Positions 18,727 to 28,085 of a stretch of DNA of 30,869 nt are shown here, in pieces (within the stretch, counting starts at the first letter, position 1; each line of letters opens with the position of its first letter). The notes under the pieces are model-generated. The model saw only the letters and a program-made list of their open reading frames with translations, had not been told where the DNA came from and made no database searches. The position numbers and the translations under genes are program-made. The DNA comes from Deinococcaceae bacterium (GTDB taxonomy: Bacteria; Deinococcota; Deinococci; Deinococcales; Trueperaceae). The stretch is from contig JBDZWC010000022.1 in the NCBI GenBank assembly GCA_040256005.1, positions 1 through 30,869 on the forward strand. The letters run 5' to 3'.

Positions 18727-20057
18727 GCGCCTACCTCCTCTCTAGCCTTCGTCTCGGGGACGCCGAACGCGGACCGGAAGTGCCTGGCCTGCCTGGTCCT
18801 CAGGTCGTCTATGAGCCGTCCCTGCGGCAGGTCGACGTCGTGGTACGTGATCACCTCGTCCTTGGCGATGTCGCGCTTGAGGGTGCAGCCCTCTGCCACG
18901 CCGATGGGCAGCAGCGAGAGTCGTGCCGTGTCGGCCGCCGTCTCGCACAGCCCGTACGTCATGTACTCGCCCAGGCCGTCGAGCGTCTCGCCGGCCTTCA
19001 GGTCGCGCTTGGCGGCGGTGATGACCTCGACCCTGGGTGCTCCCGCTGCTGTCATGACCGCGTCACCGAACAGGGCTGCGCGCGCCAGCGAGGTGGGGAC
19101 CTCGAAGTGGCACAGGTGGTAGGGCGTGTAGAAGCTGTAGAGGGGCCCCTCACCCAGCTTGTAGAGGTTGAGGTAGTGGCGCTGCTTGGGGTCGTCGTGG
19201 CTGGCGTACACGAACACGCCCGGACTCGGCAGGGCGCCGACGAAGTAGTCGACGACCCCGCCCGAGGACCGCAGAGCGCCGACGTCGTAGTACCTGACAC
19301 CAGTGTCCACGTGCTCCCGATGCTCGCGGCCCACCATGCCGCGCTTCTCGACCGTGAAGCCGAAGGCGTTGGCGACGATCGCCTGCTCGAAGCTGATCTT
19401 GGTGCCGTCGGCGAAGCTCGTGACCATGCTGGGGCGCTGCCCCCACTTCTCGGCGAAGCCCTTCTGCGTCGTGGGGTTGCGGTAGGGGTCGTGCAGGCCC
19501 TTGACGTTGCCCGCCACCAGCGGCGTCAGCCCGATGCCCTTCACGAACCGGATGAGGTTCGCCTGCACGCCGGGCTGGTCGCCGTCGCAGGCGCTGAGCA
19601 CCACGCCCGCCTCGTCGGCCATGACCTTGAGGATGGGGCCCACGGTGCCGTCCAGCTCGGCGTTGAGCAGCACGACGTGCTTGCGGGAGTCGATGGCCTC
19701 GACGACGGCCCGCGCGCCGTACTCGACGGCGCCAGTCGCCTCCAGGACGACGTCCACGCCGTCGGCCCGCGCCAGCAGCAGCGGGTCGTCCGTGACGAGC
19801 GGCTTCCCCGCCTGGATCGCCGCGGCCACTTCGCGTCGGGTGGACGCGTTCGCCACGTCTTCCACACCGGCGTAGGCGTAGGCCGCCCTGGCGTTCTCGA
19901 CCGTTCGGTTCGCGATGCCGACCAGGCGCATGCCCGGCGTCGAGTTGAGGATCTGGTTCGCCACGCCCTTGGCCATGAAGCCAGCGCCGATCATCGCGAC
20001 CCGTACGGGCCGGCCCTCCGTCTCCCGCTGGGCCAGGGCCCGGTCGACGAGGATCAC
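18723..20057 (-). CDS. NAD(P)-dependent oxidoreductase, homoserine-dehydrogenase-like with C-terminal SAF domain
   Basis: IGAGFMA Rossmann, NAELDGTVGP, DGDQPG, FADGTK; SAF-like AKRDLKAGETLDG..LKRDIAKDEVITYHDV. Confidence 0.85.
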   Translation of the reverse strand: MILVDRALAQRETEGRPVRVAMIGAGFMAKGVANQILNSTPGMRLVGIANRTVENARAAYAYAGVEDVANASTRREVAAAIQAGKPLVTDDPLLLARADGVDVVLEATGAVEYGARAVVEAIDSRKHVVLLNAELDGTVGPILKVMADEAGVVLSACDGDQPGVQANLIRFVKGIGLTPLVAGNVKGLHDPYRNPTTQKGFAEKWGQRPSMVTSFADGTKISFEQAIVANAFGFTVEKRGMVGREHREHVDTGVRYYDVGALRSSGGVVDYFVGALPSPGVFVYASHDDPKQRHYLNLYKLGEGPLYSFYTPYHLCHFEVPTSLARAALFGDAVMTAAGAPRVEVITAAKRDLKAGETLDGLGEYMTYGLCETAADTARLSLLPIGVAEGCTLKRDIAKDEVITYHDVDLPQGRLIDDLRTRQARHFRSAFGVPETKAREEVGA

Positions 20058-20602
20058 GAGGCCACCGCCCGCCGCGGTTCGAACGCCGGCCAGGAGCGGT
20101 CCTTCTCCGAGATCACAGCCACGTCGCGGGGCCAGGTGATGCCGAGCGCCGGGTCGTCGTAGCGGATGCCGCGTTCCATGCCCGGCGTGTAGAACTCGCT
20201 CACCTGGTAGGTGACCTCGGCGCCGTCTGTCAACGTCTGGTAGCCGTGAGCGAACATCCGCGGCACGAAGAGCGCCAGCCGGTTCTCGGCCGTGAGGTCG
20301 ACGGCGACGTGCTGCAGGTAGGTGGGCGAGTCCGGCCGCAGGTCCACGATCACGTCATGGATCGCGCCGCTGGTGCACCTGACCAGCTTGGTCTCGGCGG
20401 CGGGCGGGACCTGGTAGTGCATGCCCCTGAGCGTGCCCGCCTTGTGGTTGAAGGAGACGTTCGCCTGCACCACGGCGGGCTCCAGGCCGTGCTCGGCGAA
20501 CTCGTTGGCGCAGTACGAGCGGGCGAAGAAGCCACGCTCGTCCGACCGCAGTTCCAGCTCGATGATGTAGACGCCGGCGACGCCGGTCTCGTGGAAGATC
20601 AC
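20054..20602 (-). CDS. rfbC: NDP-4-keto-sugar 3,5-epimerase (RmlC/RfbC cupin family)
   Basis: DERGFFAR, GTLRGMHYQ, VDLRPDSPTY, FAHGYQTL, ISEKD; true start GTG 20602. Confidence 0.88.
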   Translation of the reverse strand: MIFHETGVAGVYIIELELRSDERGFFARSYCANEFAEHGLEPAVVQANVSFNHKAGTLRGMHYQVPPAAETKLVRCTSGAIHDVIVDLRPDSPTYLQHVAVDLTAENRLALFVPRMFAHGYQTLTDGAEVTYQVSEFYTPGMERGIRYDDPALGITWPRDVAVISEKDRSWPAFEPRRAVAS

Positions 20603-21699
20603 GCCCCGGCCTCCAAGGCCTCGGCGGGCATGGCGGGCTGGCCGGCCGCGGCGGCGGCGTCGGGCCGGGTGCGCGCGTCGAGCCAGTAGAAGCTCTCGTC
20701 TATCTGGCCCGTCTTCAGCAGGTGCTTGAGCATCTTGAGGCGCGTGTAGAGGCGCGACTCGAAAAGCTCGGTGGTGAGGTCGATGCGTTCGAAGACGGCC
20801 CTCAGCTCCTCGGCGCCGGCGCGAGCGTCCCACTGGCAAGCGAAGCCCGGCAGGCTCGAGGCGATCTTGTCGAAGTTCACGCGGTAGCTGCGGTTGTCGG
20901 AGCCGCTCTCGCCGAAGGTTAGCTTGCAACCGGGGAAGGTGTCAGCCACGATCTCGGCGACCTGCCTCACCTGGTAGTTGTGCCGCGTGTCGCCGACGTT
21001 GAAGACCTGCGCATGCACGACCTCGCGCGGGGCCTCCAGCGCACAGGCGATGGCCTGCGCGATGTCGAGGCCGTGCACCAGCGGTCGCCAGGGGGTGCCG
21101 TCGGAGAGCATGCGGATCTCGCCCGTGGTGTGAGCGAAGCCGGCGAGGTTGTTCAGCACGATGTCGAAGCGCATGCGGGGGCTGGCGCCGTAGGCGGTGG
21201 CGTTGCGGAGGAACGTGGGCGAGAAGTCGTCGCCGGCCATGGCGGTCAGGTCCCGCTCCACGAGGACCTTGCACTCCGCGTACGAGGTCTGCGGGTTCAC
21301 CGCCGACGTCTCGTCGACGACGTCATGCTCGGCCACGCCGTACACGCTGCACGAGGACATGTAGACGAAGCGCGGCACGCCCGCCTGCCGCGCCAGCTTG
21401 GCGAGGTGCACGGAGCCGCGGTGGTTGATGTCGTACGTGATGTTCGGCGCGAGCTCCCCCGTGGGGTCGTTGGAGAGCTCGGCCATGTGGACCACGGCGT
21501 CGTAACCCCGCAGGTCGTCGGCGCTCAGGCGCCGCAGGTCCTTGGCGACGGTGCGCGGCGACACGGCTTGGCCGTGGTAGAGCCAGCCCTCCTTGTAGTA
21601 GCCGGTGTCGACGCCCACGACCTCGTGGCCGCGCTCGATCAGGTACGGTGCCACCAGGGTGCCCAGGTAGCCGTCAGTGCCGGTGACCAGTACTCGCAT
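20599..21699 (-). CDS. NAD-dependent nucleotide-sugar epimerase/dehydratase (extended SDR)
   Basis: VLVTGTDGYLG, MSSCSVYG, YAECK, RNATAYG; true start ATG 21699 overlapping the upstream TGA. Confidence 0.9.
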   Translation of the reverse strand: MRVLVTGTDGYLGTLVAPYLIERGHEVVGVDTGYYKEGWLYHGQAVSPRTVAKDLRRLSADDLRGYDAVVHMAELSNDPTGELAPNITYDINHRGSVHLAKLARQAGVPRFVYMSSCSVYGVAEHDVVDETSAVNPQTSYAECKVLVERDLTAMAGDDFSPTFLRNATAYGASPRMRFDIVLNNLAGFAHTTGEIRMLSDGTPWRPLVHGLDIAQAIACALEAPREVVHAQVFNVGDTRHNYQVRQVAEIVADTFPGCKLTFGESGSDNRSYRVNFDKIASSLPGFACQWDARAGAEELRAVFERIDLTTELFESRLYTRLKMLKHLLKTGQIDESFYWLDARTRPDAAAAAGQPAMPAEALEAGA

Positions 21700-23105
21700 C
21701 AACTCCACCTCATCCAGGTCTGTAGCGCGCCGCTGGCGTCGCACGTTGGCGCGGCCAGGACAGCGTCGATCTCGTCCAAGTACTCGAAGAGCGTGCGCAC
21801 GTAGCCTCGCCAAGCGTCCTCGGCTTCTCCCCGGGCGCGCTCCGCCGCGCGCTCCAGCCGCTCGCGCTCACCGGGGCTCTGGGCCCCGGCCACGTCGGCA
21901 GCCGCGGCGTCCGCGGCGTTCGCGAACAGCGTCAGCTCCTCGTAGGCCAGTTCCAGCAGCGCCCGCGCCGTGCTCTCCCGCGCGGACTGCGCCGGTCCGA
22001 ACGCCGCCAGCTCGCGCCTCGCGGCGTCGAGCTCCTCACCCACAAGGTTCGTGCGCGATCGTGAGTCGGCGCTGAAAGCCAGCGTGGCGGACACGCCGAG
22101 GACCAGGTTGGGGTCCGCGGGCGTACCCGTCGACCAACCCAGCTCGGCTTCCAGGGAGGGAACCCCGCCGTCCAACCCGAGCGCCGCCGAGAGCTCGGCG
22201 CCACCGTTCTCGTATGCACCTGTCAGCTCGATCTCCTGCACGGTCTCGAAGGGCAGCTCACGCCAGGCGAGCTCGGCACGCGCCAGTGCGATGCGCAACG
22301 CCGCGGCTTGGGCATGCTCGGCCGGCCTGACGACCTCGGCAGCGAGCGGACCTGTGAGCAAGGCAGGGGCGCAGACGTCTGCGCTGCCTGGCCCCAGGCG
22401 GTCGACCCTCGACAGACGCTCCTCGTGGGCGATGCGCTCGCGCCGGAGCTCGAGGTCGGCCAGGCTGGCGTTCAGCTCCAGCCGCCTGAGCTCCTCCGGG
22501 TCGGACGCGTCAGCACGCGCCGCCGCCAGGGCGGCCGCCGTCTCTTCGGCGTCGGCTTCGGCCTCTGCCAGGTCGAGGCTGCCGGTGCGGAGGTCGGACA
22601 GCGCCAGCAACGCCGCCCTCTGGTCGTCACGGAGCTGCGCGCGCAGGCGCCCCTGCGCGGTGGCGAGGGTGGCCTCCGCGCGCAGCACCAGGTCGAGGTC
22701 CCGCGCCACCTGCGCCCCGATCTTCACGTCCAGGTCGGTGCCCCACCGGGAGCCACCCGAGAGCAGGTCGAGCTCCAGTTCCGCCTCGGGTTCCACCTCG
22801 AACGTCAGCTCTAGGCCCCGGCGTGCCCGCCTCAGACCGGCTTCCGCGCGAGCCACCTGCGCCCGCCTCGATGTGGCTGCCTCGCTGTCGACGCTGAGGG
22901 CCAGGGCGAGGTCGGACCTGAACGGGTCGGCGAAGTCGCCCAGCGGTCCTGGCGCGGCGCCGTAGGCGCGACCCAGGGCGAAGGCGAGCGGCAGGGTCGC
23001 GAGCAGGGCCACGCCCGCCCTGACCCCCTTAGCTCCGAACGCGCCACCGCGCCGGGGCTGCTTCCCAGGTCCTGTGACGGCGTGAGTGCTGGTGCCTGGC
23101 AGCAT
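21699..23105 (-). CDS. Putative divergent TolC/outer-membrane efflux family protein
   Basis: N-terminal hydrophobic segment; two repeats of long amphipathic helices interrupted by alternating beta-strand segments; TAGGCT -10 box 7 nt before ATG. Confidence 0.5.
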   Translation of the reverse strand: MLPGTSTHAVTGPGKQPRRGGAFGAKGVRAGVALLATLPLAFALGRAYGAAPGPLGDFADPFRSDLALALSVDSEAATSRRAQVARAEAGLRRARRGLELTFEVEPEAELELDLLSGGSRWGTDLDVKIGAQVARDLDLVLRAEATLATAQGRLRAQLRDDQRAALLALSDLRTGSLDLAEAEADAEETAAALAAARADASDPEELRRLELNASLADLELRRERIAHEERLSRVDRLGPGSADVCAPALLTGPLAAEVVRPAEHAQAAALRIALARAELAWRELPFETVQEIELTGAYENGGAELSAALGLDGGVPSLEAELGWSTGTPADPNLVLGVSATLAFSADSRSRTNLVGEELDAARRELAAFGPAQSARESTARALLELAYEELTLFANAADAAAADVAGAQSPGERERLERAAERARGEAEDAWRGYVRTLFEYLDEIDAVLAAPTCDASGALQTWMRWS

Positions 23106-23239
23106 CCGAGCCAGCCTAGCGCCGCCCTCGCTGCCCGCGGAGGAGTACCGTCACAACCGCGGTGTGAGGCCGGCAGTCGGGTCTCAGATACCGTTTGCTA
23201 CAGTCCTTCAGGCCGCCCCGGCGGCATGAGAGAGGTTCG

Positions 23240-24835
23240 ATGACCAACGACGTATCCGTTGCCGTGGGCGAGGCGATGCGCCTCATGCGCCGGGGTCTGG
23301 CGCTGGGCCTCGTGCTCGCCGTCGTCTTCGGCTACGCCGCGTACCTGTGGTCCGCCCGGCAGGCGCCGGAGTACGAGTCCGAGGCGACGGTGCTGGCCGC
23401 CTCGTCGACCGCTGACTTCAGGTCTTTCGGCGTATCGCCGGTGGTGGCGCCGCCCATCGACGTCAGCGCTTACCAGGTAGCGAGCCGTAGCGACTCGGTC
23501 GCGGCTGCCGCGCAGGCCGCCCTGGGCGAGAGTGACCAGCCGCCGGCGCGCCTCCGCTCCGACTACAGGGTCGAAGCCCAGGACGATGGCATGTCGGCAC
23601 TGCTGACGATCATCGGTCGAGCCGGCAGCCCGGAGCGCGCTGCGAACGTCGCCAACGCCGTCGCGGACGCGCTCGTAGCCTGGGACGTGGAGCGGGCGAC
23701 CAGGAGCGTCGTGCAGGTGGTAGCGGCGCTCGAGCAGCAGATCGGCTCGCTCACCGAACAGATCCGCTCGCTCCAGGCGCTGGGTGATTCGTCCCGACAG
23801 GGAGAGATCGACGGGCTCATCGCGCTGCGTGCCCAGCAACAGCAATCGCTCAACGTCGCGCGCGCCATGAGCGCCTCGGCCATCGGTCGCCTGCAGGTGA
23901 TCCAGGAGGCGGTCGTCGACCCCACGCCCGTCGCGCCGCGGCCGCTCGTCAACGCCTTGCTCGCCGCCTTGGCCGGCATCGTCGTGGCGTACGGCATCGT
24001 CATCCTGCGCTCGGCGCTGAACACGCGCATCAGCGAGGTGGCGGAGGTCGAGTCCTTGTCCGGGGCCCCAGTCCTGGCCGAGTTCCAGCGCCTGGCCAAG
24101 CCCACGCGCCGCTTCCCGCGCGAGGCCGCCAGCTACCTGCGCACCGGAGTGCTCTTCGCTACCGCGGACGCCTCACCGCGCGTGATCATGGTCACCAGCG
24201 GTCGCTCGGGCGAGGGCAAGTCAGCTGTGGCGCTCAACATGGCCGAGAGCTTCGCCAGGAACGACTACCGCACCCTGTTGGTGGACGCCGACCTGAGGCA
24301 GCCGGTCCTGTTCCAGGAGTACGGGCTGAGGCGCGGTCAGGCCTCGGAACTGCTCGACTTCCTGCGTGACCCCGACGGCCCCCACATGGTGGCGCGTGTG
24401 CCGCTGGGCGGCCGTCAGCGGCTGGACATCGTGCCCTCGTTCCAGGTCTCGACCCAGGCCGCGGAGATCCTCGGGCGCGGCTTCGCCGCTTGCGTCAGCC
24501 GCTGGGGGCAGGACTACGACGTCATCGTCATCGACTCCCCGCCTGTGTTGGCCGTCGCAGACGCGCTCACGATCGCGCCATCGTGCACCGGTACGGTGCT
24601 GGCGGTCAGCATGCGCAAGGCTGACAGGCGACCGCTAAGGGCGACGCTCGACCTCCTCGAGCGCATGGGAGTGAGGCTCCTCGGCATCGCCGCGACCATG
24701 GTCCCCGAACCGCAGATGCGCGGCTCGGGCGGCTACGGGTACGGCTACGGGGCGCCGCCACAGCAGGAACAGGCTCAGCCCTCCCGACCGGAGGCACGCG
24801 TGAGCGTCCGGTCGACGAGCACACGCCGCGGCTAG
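23240..24835 (+). CDS. wzc: Polysaccharide co-polymerase / BY-kinase (Wzc-like)
   Basis: Two TMs flanking a coiled-coil region; GRSGEGKS (Walker A), VDADLR (A'), VIDSPP (B), GGYGYGYG tyrosine cluster; start ATG 23240 with GAGAGG SD. Confidence 0.88.
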   Translation: MTNDVSVAVGEAMRLMRRGLALGLVLAVVFGYAAYLWSARQAPEYESEATVLAASSTADFRSFGVSPVVAPPIDVSAYQVASRSDSVAAAAQAALGESDQPPARLRSDYRVEAQDDGMSALLTIIGRAGSPERAANVANAVADALVAWDVERATRSVVQVVAALEQQIGSLTEQIRSLQALGDSSRQGEIDGLIALRAQQQQSLNVARAMSASAIGRLQVIQEAVVDPTPVAPRPLVNALLAALAGIVVAYGIVILRSALNTRISEVAEVESLSGAPVLAEFQRLAKPTRRFPREAASYLRTGVLFATADASPRVIMVTSGRSGEGKSAVALNMAESFARNDYRTLLVDADLRQPVLFQEYGLRRGQASELLDFLRDPDGPHMVARVPLGGRQRLDIVPSFQVSTQAAEILGRGFAACVSRWGQDYDVIVIDSPPVLAVADALTIAPSCTGTVLAVSMRKADRRPLRATLDLLERMGVRLLGIAATMVPEPQMRGSGGYGYGYGAPPQQEQAQPSRPEARVSVRSTSTRRG

Positions 24836-24860
24836 GCCGCGCTAGAGAAAGGCGACTGCG

Positions 24861-26216
24861 ATGAACGTCATCATAATCGGGACCGGTTACGTCGGGCTGA
24901 CGACCGGGACCGCACTGGCTTACCTGGGTCACTCGGTCACGTGCGTAGACAAGCAACAGCACATCGTCGACAGGCTGAAGAGCGGCGAGCCGACGATCCA
25001 CGAGCTCGGCCTGGCCGAGCTGCTCGCGGCGGCTGGGCCGAAGATGACCTTCACGACCCAGATCCCGCCGCTGCGCGAGACCGGCGTCGTCATGATCGCG
25101 GTGGGCACGCCGGCGAAGAACAACGGCGACGCCGACCTCAGGTACGTTGACGCCGCCGCCAAGGAGGTGGCCGACCTCATCGAGGAGGGCGCTCGCCTCG
25201 TCATCGTCAACAAGTCGACGGTCCCGGTGGGCAGCGCCAAGCACGTCGAGGGCATCGTCCACCGGCGGCTCGCCGCCAGGGGCGTTGAAGCTGAGGTGCA
25301 CGTGGCCTCCAACCCGGAGTTCCTAGCCGAGGGCAGGGCGGTTCACGACACCTTCTACCCGGACCGCATCGTGATCGGGGCAGACGACCCCTTCGCCGTG
25401 GGGCTCCTGCGCGAGATGTACACGCCCATCCTCGAGCAGACGTTCGAGCCGCCGGAAGGCACCCCGCGGCCGGAGCGCTACGAACTGCCTCCGCTCATCA
25501 CGACGTCGGCTACCAGCGCCGAGCTGACCAAGTACGCCGCCAACTCCTTCCTGGCCACCAAGATCAGCTTCATCAACGAGTTCGCGCAGCTAGCCGAGAG
25601 GGTGGGTGCCGACATCACGGAGGTCGCCAGGGCCATCGGCCTCGACCAGCGCATCGGCTCACGCTTCCTGCACGCCGGCATCGGCTGGGGCGGATCGTGT
25701 TTCGGCAAGGACACCTCGGCTGTCCTGGCCTTGGCCTCCAGCTACGACTACGCCATGCCCATCGTGAAGTCGGCGATCGAGGTCAACAAGCGCCAGCGCC
25801 TGTTCATCGTCGACAAGCTGCAGCAGCACCTCAAGGTCCTGCGCGGCACGACGATCGGCCTCCTGGGCCTGGCCTTCAAGGGCAACACGGACGACCTGCG
25901 CGACGCTCCGTCGCTGACGCTGATCGAGCATCTGACGGACCGCGGGGCGGTCGTGAAGGTCTACGACCCGGTCGCGATGGAGAACGCGCGCCGCCTCTAC
26001 CCCGACCTGCCCGTCGAGTACTGCGAAGACCCCGCGTGCCTGGCCATCGGTTGCGACGCGGTCGTCATAGTCACGGACTGGCCACAGTTCAAGCACTTGG
26101 ACATGCCCGAGATCGCCAAGCGGATGCGCGGCTCGCTGATCCTCGACGCCCGCAACTACCTGCAGCCGCAAGCGGTCACCGGAGCCGGTCTCGAGTACGT
26201 GGGTGTAGGCAGGTAG
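24861..26216 (+). CDS. ugd: UDP-glucose/GDP-mannose 6-dehydrogenase
   Basis: GTGYVG, KSTVPVG, SNPEFL, KYAANSFLA, GWGGSCFGKD, GLAFKGNTDDLR. Confidence 0.93.
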   Translation: MNVIIIGTGYVGLTTGTALAYLGHSVTCVDKQQHIVDRLKSGEPTIHELGLAELLAAAGPKMTFTTQIPPLRETGVVMIAVGTPAKNNGDADLRYVDAAAKEVADLIEEGARLVIVNKSTVPVGSAKHVEGIVHRRLAARGVEAEVHVASNPEFLAEGRAVHDTFYPDRIVIGADDPFAVGLLREMYTPILEQTFEPPEGTPRPERYELPPLITTSATSAELTKYAANSFLATKISFINEFAQLAERVGADITEVARAIGLDQRIGSRFLHAGIGWGGSCFGKDTSAVLALASSYDYAMPIVKSAIEVNKRQRLFIVDKLQQHLKVLRGTTIGLLGLAFKGNTDDLRDAPSLTLIEHLTDRGAVVKVYDPVAMENARRLYPDLPVEYCEDPACLAIGCDAVVIVTDWPQFKHLDMPEIAKRMRGSLILDARNYLQPQAVTGAGLEYVGVGR

Positions 26217-26288
26217 ACGCTCACCCGCCGGCGGGTGGGTCACGCCGGCGAGCGAGGCCGACCGTGTTCGCGCCGCGTTCCGGGCTGC

Positions 26289-27992
26289 TCACCAACCTCC
26301 GAAGGTACCTCCGGCCGGGACGATGGCCGCGCGCACGTGCAAGCTCATGGGGTAGTAGGCGGCGACGTCGAGCGGCCGACCCCTGTCGTCGTACGCGTAG
26401 CGAGGGTCGAGCGGCCTGCCGCCTGCGTCCCTGAGCACGACCAGGACCTGGGCCAACCCCTGCGACCAGTCCACGTCGCCGGCTCCATCCAGGCCCGTGA
26501 CGCTCTGAGAGACCTCTACGGTGCCCTCGGAATCGAGACGGACCCTTGAGGCGTCGCTGCAGGCTGGGCTCACCGTGATGATGTCGTCCGGCACGATGCA
26601 GAACTGCACGTACACGGGGTCGTCCGTGGGCTTCTCCAGCATCTGGACCTGCAGGTGCAGCGTCCCCTGCCCGTAGGCGACGGGGCTCTCCAGGTTGCCC
26701 ACCGCGGCGGCCGGCGCTTCGATGAACGTGAACGCCCCTTGTCCGCCGACCTCGGCGGCGCGTGGCGAGATCGTGGCGTCCAGCAGCGCCAACGTGGCGC
26801 CGGTAGCGGCCGGTTCCGGCTCGGGCTCGGGCTGCGCTGGTACGTCGGCCACGTCCTCGGGCTCCTGCGGCTCCTCGGGCTCCGGTTCGGCCACCTCGGG
26901 CTCCTGTGGCTGCTCGGGCTCCGGTTCGGCTACCTCGGGTTCCTGTGGCTGCTCGGGCTCCTCGGGTTCCGGCTCCTCCGGCGGCTGCGCTACCACGGGT
27001 TGACCGGGAAGGGCGAGCACGATCGGCGGGGCTTCCGCCTCGGCGGCCGCCTGCGCGGCGGCTTCAGCCTCGGCGGCCTGCTGGGCCTCGAGGGCCGCCT
27101 CTGCCGCCGCCTGAGCGGCGGCGTCGGCCGCCGCGTCCAGCCTGTCCAGCACCGCCCTCACCTCGGCGTCCTCGGGGTCCAGGGCCAGGGCCCGCTCCCA
27201 CAGCCGTCTCGCTTCGGCGGCGCGACCCAGGGCGGCGTTGCTCTCGGCGGCGCCCTTGATGGCCTCGACGAAGGTCGGGTCGCCCTGGACCGTCGCCGTG
27301 TACAGCGAGAGGGCACCCGCCATGTTGCCCTGCGCGAACTCGCGCTCCGCAGCGATGAACGAGTCGGCCGCCCGCAGCCCGTGCTGGGCGCCCAGGCTCG
27401 CACGCGTCAACTGGGGCCGCAGTTGCGGGTAGGTCTCCGCCGCCAGCGTGAGCAGCGGTATCGCCCCTTCGGCGTCGCCTGTCTCGAGTCTCGCCTGCCC
27501 CAGGTACGTGACCGTCGTCAGGTCGTCCGGGTCCAGGTCGTAGCTGGCCTCGAGGAGCTCCAACGCCCGCCCCATGGCCCCGGCGGCGAACGCCTGGTAA
27601 CCGAGGGTGAGCGCCGCTCGCGCCGCGTCGGCCCGTGAGCGCGCGTCCAGCACGCCGCCCGCCTGCAGGAACTCCTGCCACGTCTCCCAGGTGCGCGACG
27701 TCCAGCCGGTTACCCCGTAGACCTGCGCCAGGAACCGCAACGGCTCGACGCGGCCCGGCGCCAGCGCACGAGCCCGCTCTCCTTGCTCGATGGCCTCTCG
27801 CCACAGTGGCCGGTCGGGGTAATGGGACGGGTACGTGGCGATCGCCTCGGCTGCCGCTAGCTGGCCCGCCCGCAGGGCCTCGGCGGCGCCCTCTGGCAGA
27901 GCGCCCTGCGCCGTGACGGGCCCCACCGCGGCTAGGCAGGCAAGAAGCGCCGCCAGGACGCGGTAAACGGTGCTAGACCTAGGCTGGGGCAC
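26289..27992 (-). CDS. Secreted TPR protein with Ala-rich helix, Pro/Glu-rich linker and uncharacterised beta-rich C-terminal domain
   Basis: Signal peptide (..GPVTA-Q), TPR-like helices (ARRLWERALALDPED), EPEPEQPQEPEVA repeats; TAACCT 5 nt before GTG. Confidence 0.7.
   Translation of the reverse strand: MPQPRSSTVYRVLAALLACLAAVGPVTAQGALPEGAAEALRAGQLAAAEAIATYPSHYPDRPLWREAIEQGERARALAPGRVEPLRFLAQVYGVTGWTSRTWETWQEFLQAGGVLDARSRADAARAALTLGYQAFAAGAMGRALELLEASYDLDPDDLTTVTYLGQARLETGDAEGAIPLLTLAAETYPQLRPQLTRASLGAQHGLRAADSFIAAEREFAQGNMAGALSLYTATVQGDPTFVEAIKGAAESNAALGRAAEARRLWERALALDPEDAEVRAVLDRLDAAADAAAQAAAEAALEAQQAAEAEAAAQAAAEAEAPPIVLALPGQPVVAQPPEEPEPEEPEQPQEPEVAEPEPEQPQEPEVAEPEPEEPQEPEDVADVPAQPEPEPEPAATGATLALLDATISPRAAEVGGQGAFTFIEAPAAAVGNLESPVAYGQGTLHLQVQMLEKPTDDPVYVQFCIVPDDIITVSPACSDASRVRLDSEGTVEVSQSVTGLDGAGDVDWSQGLAQVLVVLRDAGGRPLDPRYAYDDRGRPLDVAAYYPMSLHVRAAIVPAGGTFGGW
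26856..26960 (-). repeat. Intragenic 39-bp tandem repeat (about 2.7 copies) encoding the Pro/Glu linker
   Basis: CTCGGG(C/T)TCCTG recurs at 26856, 26895 and 26934. Confidence 0.8.
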
Positions 27993-28085
27993 GCCTCAGG
28001 TTATCGCTGCTGAGGGGACAGGGGTTCACATTTACGTGTCCCATCATGAGAGGATACGCCCGGCCCTGTTGGGCGAGTTAGGCAG

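Noticed and set aside
20603..20929. Long N-terminal extensions in the ORF track (rfbC, also glyA, metK, the epimerase and EF-G2)
   Set aside because: They overlap neighbouring genes or promoters; homology and SD/-10 signals support the shorter starts
26222..26240. Palindrome CACCCGCCGGCGGGTG after ugd (a similar short one lies near 10687-10700)
   Set aside because: Short and GC-rich with no U tract; could aid termination between convergent genes but cannot be distinguished from chance
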